DNA of 50,533 nucleotides, taken from an uncultured Eubacterium sp. (GTDB taxonomy: Bacteria; Bacillota; Clostridia; Lachnospirales; Lachnospiraceae). The DNA is taken from positions 1 to 50,533 of the forward strand of contig CAZQRO010000001.1 of the NCBI GenBank assembly GCA_964595785.1, given 5' to 3'. The notes beneath the pieces were generated by a model. The model saw only the letters and a list, made by a program, of their open reading frames with translations, had not been told where the DNA came from and ran no database searches. The position numbers and the translations under genes were made by a program. Each line of letters opens with the position of its first letter. Position 1 is the stretch's first letter. This document shows, in pieces, positions 1 to 8,077 of this stretch.

Positions 1-741
1 GGTCTTGGAGCAATTGGTGTTCAGGTTGCTAATGCAGCAATTTCGCTTGGTATGGAAGTATATGGTTATGATCCATACATTTCAATCGCAGGAGCGTGGA
101 ATTTATCAAGAAGTGTTAAGCATATTGCTACAACAGAGGAAATATTTAAAGAATGTGATTACATAACAATTCATGTTCCATTGTTAGACAGCACTAAGGG
201 AATGATTAACAAAGAAGCATTTGCAATGATGAAAGATGGTGTTGTTATCTTAAACTATGCAAGAGATATTCTTGTTGATGAAGAAGCAATGGCTGTGGCA
301 CTTAAATCAGGAAAAGTTAAAAGATATATGACAGATTTCCCTAACACATTATCTGTTAACATGGAAGGTGCAGTAGTTACTCCTCATATCGGAGCTTCTA
401 CAGAAGAGTCAGAAGATAACTGTGCAATAATGGCAGTTAATGAAATAATGGATTTTATGGAGAATGGTAATATTAAGAATTCTGTTAATTATCCAAATTG
501 CGATATGGGAATTTGCAGTAAAGCAGCACGTGTAACGATTTGTCATAAGAACATTCCAAATATGTTAGGACAGTTTACATCTGCATTTGCAGCAGAGAAC
601 ATTAATATCTCTGATATGACAAATAAGAGCAGAGGCGATTATTCATACACAATGCTTGATTTTGATGCAGCAGTTTCAGATTCAGTTGTTAAAGCAATTG
701 AGGAAATTGAAGGTGTTATTAAAGTAAGAGTAATTAAATAA
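1..741 (+). CDS. serA: D-3-phosphoglycerate dehydrogenase with C-terminal ACT domain (5' end lies outside the window)
   Basis: Frame is open from base 1 and reads GLGAIG (Rossmann GxGxxG). Contains HVPLLDST, NYARD and TPHIGAST motifs of D-2-hydroxyacid dehydrogenases, then an ACT domain (HKNIPNMLGQF...NISDM). Lies near DUF1015, as in clostridial serine loci. Confidence 0.93.
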   Translation, partial: GLGAIGVQVANAAISLGMEVYGYDPYISIAGAWNLSRSVKHIATTEEIFKECDYITIHVPLLDSTKGMINKEAFAMMKDGVVILNYARDILVDEEAMAVALKSGKVKRYMTDFPNTLSVNMEGAVVTPHIGASTEESEDNCAIMAVNEIMDFMENGNIKNSVNYPNCDMGICSKAARVTICHKNIPNMLGQFTSAFAAENINISDMTNKSRGDYSYTMLDFDAAVSDSVVKAIEEIEGVIKVRVIK

Positions 742-773
742 TTGTGTTGTTTTAAATAAGATAATATGCAGAG

Positions 774-818
774 AACTTTTGCTAAACAGATAAATATTCT
801 GTTTAGCAAAAGTTTTTT
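774..818 (+). terminator. Intrinsic terminator after serA
   Basis: AACTTTTGCTAAACAGA / TCTGTTTAGCAAAAGTT inverted repeat followed by a T run. Confidence 0.8.
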
Positions 819-977
819 GATGTATAGGAAATTATGCAAAGCAACTCATTCGGTGCAAAAAGTGGAGCAACTCCATTATGAGTGATGGAGTTAGAGTGCT
901 GATGTGGATTTGTCTGCTTTGTTCAATAGTCTGATTAAATTGTCGAAAAATAACAATTTTATATTAAAATAAAATTG

Positions 978-1006
978 TTGCACATCAAATTAAATAGTGA
1001 TATAAT
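978..1006 (+). promoter_or_regulatory. Sigma-A-type promoter of the Rpn-like gene
   Basis: TTGCAC-17 nt-TATAAT with extended -10 TG. SD AGGAGG at 1027-1032, ATG at 1038. Confidence 0.6.
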
Positions 1007-1037
1007 AAGTATAAATACAACGTAACAGGAGGCGTGA

Positions 1038-1887
1038 ATGCTTAATAGGAAAAACAGAAGATTGCATATTAAGGGGATAAATACACTTGAGATTAAGGAA
1101 AAGAGTTGAATTTCAAAACAAATTGACAGATTTAAAATAAACAGAAATTATAAAGAATGATTGTTCATTTATTGTGGGAAGTGATTTGAATCTTTATGAG
1201 CATCAATCAACATATTGCCCCAATATGCCAATAAGAGGTCTTATTTATATTGCATCAATTTATCAGGCTTTTATTAGTGAAAATAATCTTAATATTTATG
1301 GAAGTAAATTGATTCAATTACCAACGCCTCAATATGTGGTTTTTTATAATGGATTAAGGGAAATAAATGATATTGAGAAAATGAGATTGAGTGAAGCTTT
1401 TGAAAGTGAAAATGGATGTTTGGAATTAGAGGCAACTATAATAAATATAAATGCAGGGCATAATGAAGAATTAATGAAGCATTGTCAAAAACTATATGAA
1501 TATTCTGAATTTATTAATATATTAAGAAAAAATCAAACAAAAACAAAATCATTAGAAGAGGCAATCAATAAGACTTGCATATACTGTATTGAAAATGATA
1601 TACTAAAATCATATTTAGAAAAGAATAGGAATGATGTGTGTAAAGTGTTGCTGACAGAATATGATTTTAAAGAACATATGAAGATGGAGCGGAGGGATTC
1701 ATTAGAAGCGGGAAGAGAAGCGGGAAGAGAAGAATGAAGAGAAGAAGGAAGAGAAGAAGGCATCTCTATTTTAATTGAGACGTGTAAAGAACTTGGAATT
1801 GCAAAGGATGTTGTAAGTAAGAAAATAGTTGATAAATATAATTTGAGTGAAGAAGAAATTATGGGATATATGAAAAAGTATTGGTGA
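1038..1887 (+). pseudogene. Degraded Rpn / PD-(D/E)XK nuclease-family (putative transposase-like) gene
   Basis: Carries KNDCSFIV..LNLYEHQST.CPNMPIRGLIY, VVFYNG, NINAGHN and GREE repeats typical of this clostridial family. Lesions: in-frame TGA at 1107-1109, a frame jump at ~1153 (INRNYK to KND), and TGA at 1735-1737 inside the GREE repeat. The frame continues to ...MKKYW-stop at 1887. Confidence 0.75.
1705..1764 (+). repeat. 12-bp tandem repeat (E-A/E-G-R) x5 in the Rpn-like gene
   Basis: GAAGCGGGAAGA x2, GAAGAATGAAGA, GAAGAAGGAAGA, GAAGAAGGCATC. Confidence 0.85.
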
Positions 1888-1957
1888 TTTTATGAAATTT
1901 GCAAAACGACAGTAATACTACGTTTTTGCTATAGTTAATTTTTATGTGCTATACCGG

Positions 1958-1986
1958 TTGACATATTATTTTATTAATAATAGAAT
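1958..1986 (+). promoter_or_regulatory. Sigma-A promoter for the DUF1015-fur unit
   Basis: TTGACA-17 nt-TAGAAT, with SD AAGGAG before ATG 2023. Confidence 0.7.
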
Positions 1987-2022
1987 AAAGTCAAATTTAC
2001 AGTAAGAAAAGGAGTTCAGACA

Positions 2023-3258
2023 ATGGCAGTTATTAAAGCATTTGAATGTATTAAACCGACTAAAGAACTTGCTGCGGAGGTAGCAGCACTTCCATATGAT
2101 GTATATAATCGTGAAGAAGCATGTACAGCAGTAAAGGAAAAAAAATATTCTTTCTTAAGAATTGACAGAGCAGAGACGCAGTTTGATGATACGGTAGATA
2201 CATATGATGACAGAGTGTATGCTAAAGCAAAAGAATTGTTAGATGACATGAGGAATGATGGGGTATATATTAAAGAAGGAAAGAAGTGTTATTATGTCTA
2301 TGAACTTACCATGAATGGAAGAACACAGACGGGCATTGTGGCATGTGCAGGCATTGACGATTACCTTAATAATGTAATTAAAAAACATGAGAACACAAGA
2401 GCTGATAAAGAGGTTGACAGAATAAGACATGTGGATATATGCAATGCGCAGACAGGACCGATTTTTTTAGCATATAGAGAAAATAAAAAGATTTCAGAAG
2501 TGATTGTAAAGGTAAAAGAGACACAACCAATATTTTCATTTGTGGCAGATGATGGAATCAGCCATGTGGGATATATAATCGATAGTGATGAGGACATTAA
2601 TACTATTGAAAATGAATTTGCAGGAATTAACAGCATTTATATTGCAGATGGTCATCATAGAGCAGCATCGGCAGTTAAAGTCGGATTAAAAAGAAGAGAA
2701 GCCAATCCGGATTATGATGGAACAGAAGAATTTAATTATTTTCTTTCGGTATTATTTCAGGAACAGGAATTAATGATTATGCCGTATAACCGTGTTGTTA
2801 AAGATTTAAACGGATTATCAGCAGAAGCATTTATGGGAAAAGTTAAAGAGGCATTTATTGTTGAGAATATGGGTAATATACCTTATGAACCAAAAGTTAA
2901 AGGAGAAGTAGGAATGTATCTTGATGGTATCTGGTTCTCACTTAAGGCAAAAGAAAGTATATTAAGTGATGATGCCGTAGAAGGATTAGATGTTTCGGTT
3001 TTACAGAATAATTTATTATGCCCAATACTTGGAATAGATGATCCGAGAACTGATGAGAGAGTGGATTTTATCGGTGGAATAAGAGGCTTGAAGGAATTAG
3101 AGAGAAGATGTGAGTTGGATATGAAAGTGGCGTTTGCCATGTATCCAACATCTATACAGGAATTATTCTGTGTGGCAGATGCAGGCAAACTGATGCCGCC
3201 TAAATCAACATGGTTTGAGCCTAAACTAAGGAGTGGATTATTTATTCATGAAATATAA
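2023..3258 (+). CDS. DUF1015 family protein
   Basis: ALPYDV, KKHENT, YIADGHHRAASA and MPPKSTWFEPKLRSGL are characteristic of this family, which is usually linked to serC/serA. Confidence 0.88.
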   Translation: MAVIKAFECIKPTKELAAEVAALPYDVYNREEACTAVKEKKYSFLRIDRAETQFDDTVDTYDDRVYAKAKELLDDMRNDGVYIKEGKKCYYVYELTMNGRTQTGIVACAGIDDYLNNVIKKHENTRADKEVDRIRHVDICNAQTGPIFLAYRENKKISEVIVKVKETQPIFSFVADDGISHVGYIIDSDEDINTIENEFAGINSIYIADGHHRAASAVKVGLKRREANPDYDGTEEFNYFLSVLFQEQELMIMPYNRVVKDLNGLSAEAFMGKVKEAFIVENMGNIPYEPKVKGEVGMYLDGIWFSLKAKESILSDDAVEGLDVSVLQNNLLCPILGIDDPRTDERVDFIGGIRGLKELERRCELDMKVAFAMYPTSIQELFCVADAGKLMPPKSTWFEPKLRSGLFIHEI

Positions 3259-3661
3259 TACTAAGCAGAGAGAACTGATTCTAAAATGTCTGTCAGAATC
3301 GGAAGGAGAACATATCAAGGCAGATGATATATTAGAGTATCTTAAAAATAATGATACACCGGTAGGAAAGTCAACAGTTTACAGATATTTAGATGCCCTT
3401 GTGGAACAGGATATTGTAAGAAAATATAATATAGAAGATGGGCAGGGGGCTTGTTATCAGTTTATAGGAAATGATGGGCATTGTAAGTGTAGAGAGCATT
3501 ATCATTTAAAATGCAGTGAATGTGGAGAACTTTTTCATGTATCATGTAATTTTATGGACAAGATTAATGAACACATACTCAATGAGCACAATTTTACGAT
3601 AGACAACAGTAAAACGGTATTTTATGGTTTGTGTGAGAAGTGCAAAAAAAAGAATAGTTAA
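3248..3661 (+). CDS. Fur-family transcriptional regulator, probably Zur
   Basis: TKQRELIL, STVYRYL helix-turn-helix, HYHLKCSECG and C-terminal CEKC. Lies directly upstream of a Zn/Mn ABC transporter. Start placed at ATG 3248, overlapping the DUF1015 3' end. Confidence 0.88.
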   Translation: MKYNTKQRELILKCLSESEGEHIKADDILEYLKNNDTPVGKSTVYRYLDALVEQDIVRKYNIEDGQGACYQFIGNDGHCKCREHYHLKCSECGELFHVSCNFMDKINEHILNEHNFTIDNSKTVFYGLCEKCKKKNS

Positions 3662-3693
3662 TAATAAATTGAGACTGAGTTTCAATTTATTAT
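3661..3693. promoter_or_regulatory. Palindromic operator 1 (candidate Zur box)
   Basis: ATAATAAATTGAGACT-G-AGTTTCAATTTATTAT: 16-bp arms with one mismatch, abutting the -35. Confidence 0.65.
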
Positions 3694-3721
3694 TGACAAA
3701 GAGAAAAATACGTTATATTAT
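3693..3721 (+). promoter_or_regulatory. Sigma-A promoter of the metal ABC operon
   Basis: TTGACA (3693-3698)-17 nt-TATTAT (3716-3721). Confidence 0.7.
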
Positions 3722-3766
3722 AGTCAGGTATGAAATTGAAACTGAGTTTCAATTTCATACCTGACT
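3722..3766. promoter_or_regulatory. Perfect 45-bp palindrome, operator 2 (candidate Zur box)
   Basis: AGTCAGGTATGAAATTGAAACT-G-AGTTTCAATTTCATACCTGACT. Shares the core AATTGARACTGAGTTTCAATT with operator 1. Confidence 0.65.
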
Positions 3767-3808
3767 TTTGAATTGCAGAAACAAACCTGTTCAGGTATGG
3801 AGGATAGA

Positions 3809-4768
3809 ATGAAGAAGATTATAAGAAAATTAATGATATTTACGATAATATGTACAATGATCTTATCTACAGTTTCATGTGGCAAATTAGATAAAAAAGA
3901 TGGTAAACTAAGTATTGTGACAACACTTTTTCCTCAATATGATTTTGCTAAACAGATTGCAGGAGATAAGGCGGATGTTAGATTGCTTTTATCACCCGGA
4001 GTTGAAGCGCATAGTTATGACCCGACACCTTCAGATATTGTAGATATTAACGAAAGCGATTTATTTATTTATACAGGGGACAATATGGAGACATGGGCTG
4101 CTAAGATTATTTCAAGCCTTGAAAAAGATGTTAATATACTTGATGTTTCAGAAGGCATAAAACTCACAAAAACAGAAGATGAGCATGACGAACATGGTGA
4201 AGAAGAACAGGAACATGAAGAAGAGCATGAGCATGTATATGATCCACATATCTGGACAAGTCCGGTTAATGCCATGAAAATGGTACAAAGTATTGTAGAT
4301 GAATTGGTTAAAATTGATCCTGAAAATGCAGATTATTATAAAGCAAATGGGGAAACATATCTTAATGAATTATCAGATTTAGATGAACAGTTAAGAGAAG
4401 TTATTGACAATGCAGATATTAAGACACTTTATTTTGCTGATAAGTTTGCAATGTATTATTTTGTAAATGAATATGGGCTTGATTATGTATCAGCATATGA
4501 TTCATGTTCTTCGGAGACAGAACCAAGTGCAAAATTAGTTGCTAAAATGGTAGATGCGGTTAAATCAGACAATGCACCGGCGGTTTTCTATGCAGAGTTA
4601 TCTAATCATAAAGCGGCAGATACAATAAGTAAGGAATCAGGTGCAAAGGAACTGTTACTTCATTCCTGTCATAATGTTTCAAAAGAAGAATTTAATAATG
4701 GTGCTACCTATTTGAGTCTGATGAAGCAGAACTTAGATAACTTAAAAGAGGGACTTTATTACCAATAG
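3809..4768 (+). CDS. znuA: Zn/Mn ABC transporter substrate-binding lipoprotein (ZnuA/AdcA-like)
   Basis: Lipoprotein signal peptide (STVSC), EAHSYDPTP, a His/Glu-rich loop and DPHIWTSP. SD GGAGGA before ATG 3809. Confidence 0.88.
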   Translation: MKKIIRKLMIFTIICTMILSTVSCGKLDKKDGKLSIVTTLFPQYDFAKQIAGDKADVRLLLSPGVEAHSYDPTPSDIVDINESDLFIYTGDNMETWAAKIISSLEKDVNILDVSEGIKLTKTEDEHDEHGEEEQEHEEEHEHVYDPHIWTSPVNAMKMVQSIVDELVKIDPENADYYKANGETYLNELSDLDEQLREVIDNADIKTLYFADKFAMYYFVNEYGLDYVSAYDSCSSETEPSAKLVAKMVDAVKSDNAPAVFYAELSNHKAADTISKESGAKELLLHSCHNVSKEEFNNGATYLSLMKQNLDNLKEGLYYQ

Positions 4769-4783
4769 AATTGGAGACAGACA

Positions 4784-5572
4784 ATGTATAAAGAAACGCA
4801 GGGAAAATATAAGCAAAGCAAAGATATACAGAATAAAGATATAAAAAACAGAAAAACACAGAGCAGAGAAGTGCAGTTAGAATGTACCGGTATTACAATT
4901 GCATATGACAGAGTAAATGTATTTGAAAATGTAAGTATGAATGTATGTGCGGGAGATTATGTAAGTATTGTTGGTGAAAATGGTTCAGGGAAAAGTTCAC
5001 TGATAAAGGGAATACTTGGATTAGTTCCAATAAAAAAGGGTGAGATAACATTTATGGGAGGCATGTCAATAAAAAATGTGGGGTATCTGCCACAGCATAC
5101 ATTAGCCCAGAGTAATTTTCCTGCTTCAGTATACGAGGTTATCTTATCGGGATGTCTTACTAATATTGGCTTCAGACCATTCTATACTTCTAAAGAGAAA
5201 AAAAATGTGAAGAAAATAATGGAGAAATTAGGAATAACAGATTTGTCTAAGAAAACTTTTGGTAACCTTTCCGGTGGTCAGAAACAGCGTGTGTTATTAG
5301 CAAGAGCACTTCTTGCAACTGATAAATTATTGTTTTTAGATGAACCGATTACAGGTTTAGATCCTCTTGTTACATCTGAGTTTTATGAGATAATATCAAA
5401 ACTTAACAAGGAAGATAATATTACAATTATTATGGTGTCACATGATATAGAAAATGCTATGAAGTATTCTAATAAAATACTGCATATGAGAGAAAACGAC
5501 TATTTTTTCGGAACTAAGGAAGAATATATAAAAAGTATGGAAGGAAAAGAATTTTTGAATTATGATAGATGA
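4784..5572 (+). CDS. znuC: Metal ABC transporter ATP-binding protein
   Basis: GENGSGKS Walker A, GYLPQ Q-loop, LSGGQKQR signature, LFLDEP Walker B, SHD. Confidence 0.88.
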   Translation: MYKETQGKYKQSKDIQNKDIKNRKTQSREVQLECTGITIAYDRVNVFENVSMNVCAGDYVSIVGENGSGKSSLIKGILGLVPIKKGEITFMGGMSIKNVGYLPQHTLAQSNFPASVYEVILSGCLTNIGFRPFYTSKEKKNVKKIMEKLGITDLSKKTFGNLSGGQKQRVLLARALLATDKLLFLDEPITGLDPLVTSEFYEIISKLNKEDNITIIMVSHDIENAMKYSNKILHMRENDYFFGTKEEYIKSMEGKEFLNYDR

Positions 5573-6377
5573 AATTATAACAATGTTTTCATATACATTT
5601 ATGCAGAAGGCAATTATCGTGGGCAGCATAATTGCCTTGTGTGCCGCTCTGTTAGGCGTAATACTTGTGTTAAAAAGATATTCAATGATTGGTGATGGAT
5701 TATCACATGTTGGTTTTGGTGCATTGTCAATTGCTGTTGCATTAAATGCAGCACCGCTTACGGTAGCCATGCCGATTGTTGTAATTGCGGCATTCTTTTT
5801 GTTAAGATTAAGTGAGAATGGAAAGATAAAAGGTGATTCGGCCATTGCCCTGATTTCAAGCAGTTCCATTGCTATAGGTGTTATAGTAAATGCTGCCTCA
5901 AATGGTTCTAATATGGATTTGAACAGTTATATGTTTGGAAGTGTTCTTGCAATGAGCGGAAGTGATGTGTACATAAGTGTGGCATTAGCAGTAGTGGTAC
6001 TAAGTATATTTGGGATATTTTACCACAAGATTTTTGCCATAACATTTGATGAGAATTTTGCAAAAGCAACAGGAATTAAAACAGGATTTTATAATACGAT
6101 GCTTGCCGTATTAACAGCGGTTACCATAGTTGTGGGAATGAGAATAATGGGAACAATGCTTATTTCGAGTCTGATAATATTTCCGGCGCTAACATCAATG
6201 AGAATATTTAAAAACTTTAAAACAGTGATTATCAGTTCGGGAATAATATCTGTAATATGTTTTGTATCAGGTGTGATAGTTTCATACATTTATTCATATC
6301 CAACAGGAGCGTGCATAGTAGTTACAAACCTGTGTTTATTTATTTTCTTTTCGATTATTGGAAAAATTCTTGAATAG
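5562..6377 (+). CDS. znuB: Metal ABC transporter permease (ABC-3 family)
   Basis: Hydrophobic protein with SMIGDGLSHVGFG and TFDENFAKATG motifs; overlaps znuC. Confidence 0.88.
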   Translation: MIDEIITMFSYTFMQKAIIVGSIIALCAALLGVILVLKRYSMIGDGLSHVGFGALSIAVALNAAPLTVAMPIVVIAAFFLLRLSENGKIKGDSAIALISSSSIAIGVIVNAASNGSNMDLNSYMFGSVLAMSGSDVYISVALAVVVLSIFGIFYHKIFAITFDENFAKATGIKTGFYNTMLAVLTAVTIVVGMRIMGTMLISSLIIFPALTSMRIFKNFKTVIISSGIISVICFVSGVIVSYIYSYPTGACIVVTNLCLFIFFSIIGKILE

Positions 6378-6460
6378 TTGAGCAAAATATAATACAATAG
6401 GATGTAATGTAATTTTATAAAAAAAGTAACTGTTCAGAGTTATAAGAAAAGGATAAAATA

Positions 6461-7906
6461 ATGAGTGAAAAAGATAAGATAAATAAAGAAAACATGAACG
6501 AAGAAGATTTTGAGATTGAATTTGTGGACAATGAAGAACCGATTGAATTAGAGGATGTCACAGAAGAAGATTATGAAGAAAACGTCGATGTTGAAGAGGA
6601 TTATGATGAAATAGAATATAATCCGGATGAAGATTATGATGCCGATGCTAATGAGCAAAAGGGTAAACTTACCAGAAATCAGCTTGTTAACAGAATAATA
6701 GCAGGAATGGGAATTGCCATAGCTGTATTTACTGTTTTCTATGGAATAGTGGCATATGGAATGCTTAACAACAATGATTCGGCGGTTGAGGAAGAAGAGA
6801 CAACAGTAAAAGTGGAAGAGGAGACAACACCTCAGAGTCAGGATAATTTCTTCGTTAGTGCTAATACAGATGAGAATATATCAGATGATGTAAAAGATTT
6901 ACTCAAAGGTGCAAAATTAGACCAGTTAAGAACAGGTCACAGCAAGTTAGATGCTAATATTAATAAAGTGTTAGAAATGACATGTAAGTCAGATATGACA
7001 ACATATGAGAAGGTTAGAAATATTTATGATTATATGATGTATTTCTATGAGGTAAAATCTTCTTCTTATGTAGATAATGACAGTATATATGAATTTTGTT
7101 CATCATATGAATATACGTCAAAATTTGATATGGAGATTATATATAGGGCTAATAAGCTTTTTGAAAATAAATCGGGTGATTCAAAAGATTATGCCTGTGC
7201 ATTTACAGTACTGTTGAGAAATATTGGTATTGAGGCTTACTATATCGAAGGTGAGAAGATGGGTGAATCAGAATATCAGTCACATGGTTATACAGTAGTA
7301 GTTTTAGATGGGAAAAATTATATCTTCGATGTAGCGGAAGAAGACGAACTTTCAGCAAACAGTAAAGTGGAATATAAAGTATTCTGTAAGACAATTAGTG
7401 AATTAGAAGAAAAATATTCTGATGAAGGTTTAGAAGAAAGTATGAAAGAGTTTAATGAATTTGAAACATTAGGTGAGTTCTCATTTAATGCAAAGATATC
7501 ATCAAGCGGCGGTGCATATGTAACAGGAAGTGTTGGATATTCTAACAGTTACAGTGAAAAAGGTAATACATCTTCAACCGATGATATTATAATAGATATT
7601 TCAGAAAATGTATATTTTAAGGGAAGTGTATCAGGAAGTGACTCTAATACATGGAAACTGTTAGCTAAGGTATATGATGAAGATAAGAATTATATAACTG
7701 AAGCAACAATATATAATTCTTCAACAGATTCAAGGACTGACGAAGTAACATACACACCAGCAAGAGGCGGATATGTAAAACTTATATATATGGTAACAGA
7801 TTCTAATGGAAGGACATGTGCAATTTCTGTTATGGTTAAAGTTCAAGGATATGAAGAACCTGCTACAACAGGTAATAACACTGCTTCAGATGGTGAATTA
7901 AATTAG
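6461..7906 (+). CDS. Membrane-anchored transglutaminase-like domain protein with acidic N-terminus
   Basis: D/E-rich N-terminus, a single TM segment (IIAGMGIAIAVFTVFYGIVAY), then YEKVRNIYDY, GDSKDYA..F..LLRNIGIEAYY, SHGYTVV.LDGKNYIFD. Confidence 0.7.
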   Translation: MSEKDKINKENMNEEDFEIEFVDNEEPIELEDVTEEDYEENVDVEEDYDEIEYNPDEDYDADANEQKGKLTRNQLVNRIIAGMGIAIAVFTVFYGIVAYGMLNNNDSAVEEEETTVKVEEETTPQSQDNFFVSANTDENISDDVKDLLKGAKLDQLRTGHSKLDANINKVLEMTCKSDMTTYEKVRNIYDYMMYFYEVKSSSYVDNDSIYEFCSSYEYTSKFDMEIIYRANKLFENKSGDSKDYACAFTVLLRNIGIEAYYIEGEKMGESEYQSHGYTVVVLDGKNYIFDVAEEDELSANSKVEYKVFCKTISELEEKYSDEGLEESMKEFNEFETLGEFSFNAKISSSGGAYVTGSVGYSNSYSEKGNTSSTDDIIIDISENVYFKGSVSGSDSNTWKLLAKVYDEDKNYITEATIYNSSTDSRTDEVTYTPARGGYVKLIYMVTDSNGRTCAISVMVKVQGYEEPATTGNNTASDGELN

Positions 7907-7926
7907 TAATAATAAAATAAAAAAGC

Positions 7927-7977
7927 TAGGTGTGATTGAATACCGTTCAGAGAGATATTCGATTGCACCTATATTTT
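7927..7977 (+). terminator. Stem-loop, probable terminator
   Basis: TAGGTGTGATTGAATA / TATTCGATTGCACCTA: 16-bp stem with 3 G-U pairs on the + strand, followed by TATTTT. Confidence 0.6.
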
Positions 7978-8006
7978 GTGGAAACGATAAATACAGAAAG
8001 GTAAAT

Positions 8007-8060
8007 ATGCATCTTGTCCATGGATTTGCAAATGTGGCAGTAATACAAGAGAATTTGTGA
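8007..8060 (+). CDS. Possible leader peptide MHLVHGFANVAVIQENL upstream of the ABC-F gene
   Basis: SD-like GAAAGGT before ATG 8007. Stop lies 17 nt before the ABC-F ATG, which lacks a clear SD. Confidence 0.3.
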   Translation: MHLVHGFANVAVIQENL

Positions 8061-8077
8061 GATGCATTGGTATAAAA

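Noticed and set aside
835-925. Weakly structured segment (CAAAGCA / TGCTTTG; AACTCCATTA / TGATGGAGTT)
   Set aside because: Short stems, a single copy and no covariation evidence, so it cannot be distinguished from chance.
1107-1737. TGA recoding (Trp, Gly or Sec) to rescue the Rpn-like gene
   Set aside because: TGA ends intact genes in this window (hemW at 16304, hydrolase at 45007), Trp is encoded by TGG, and the gene also has a frame jump.
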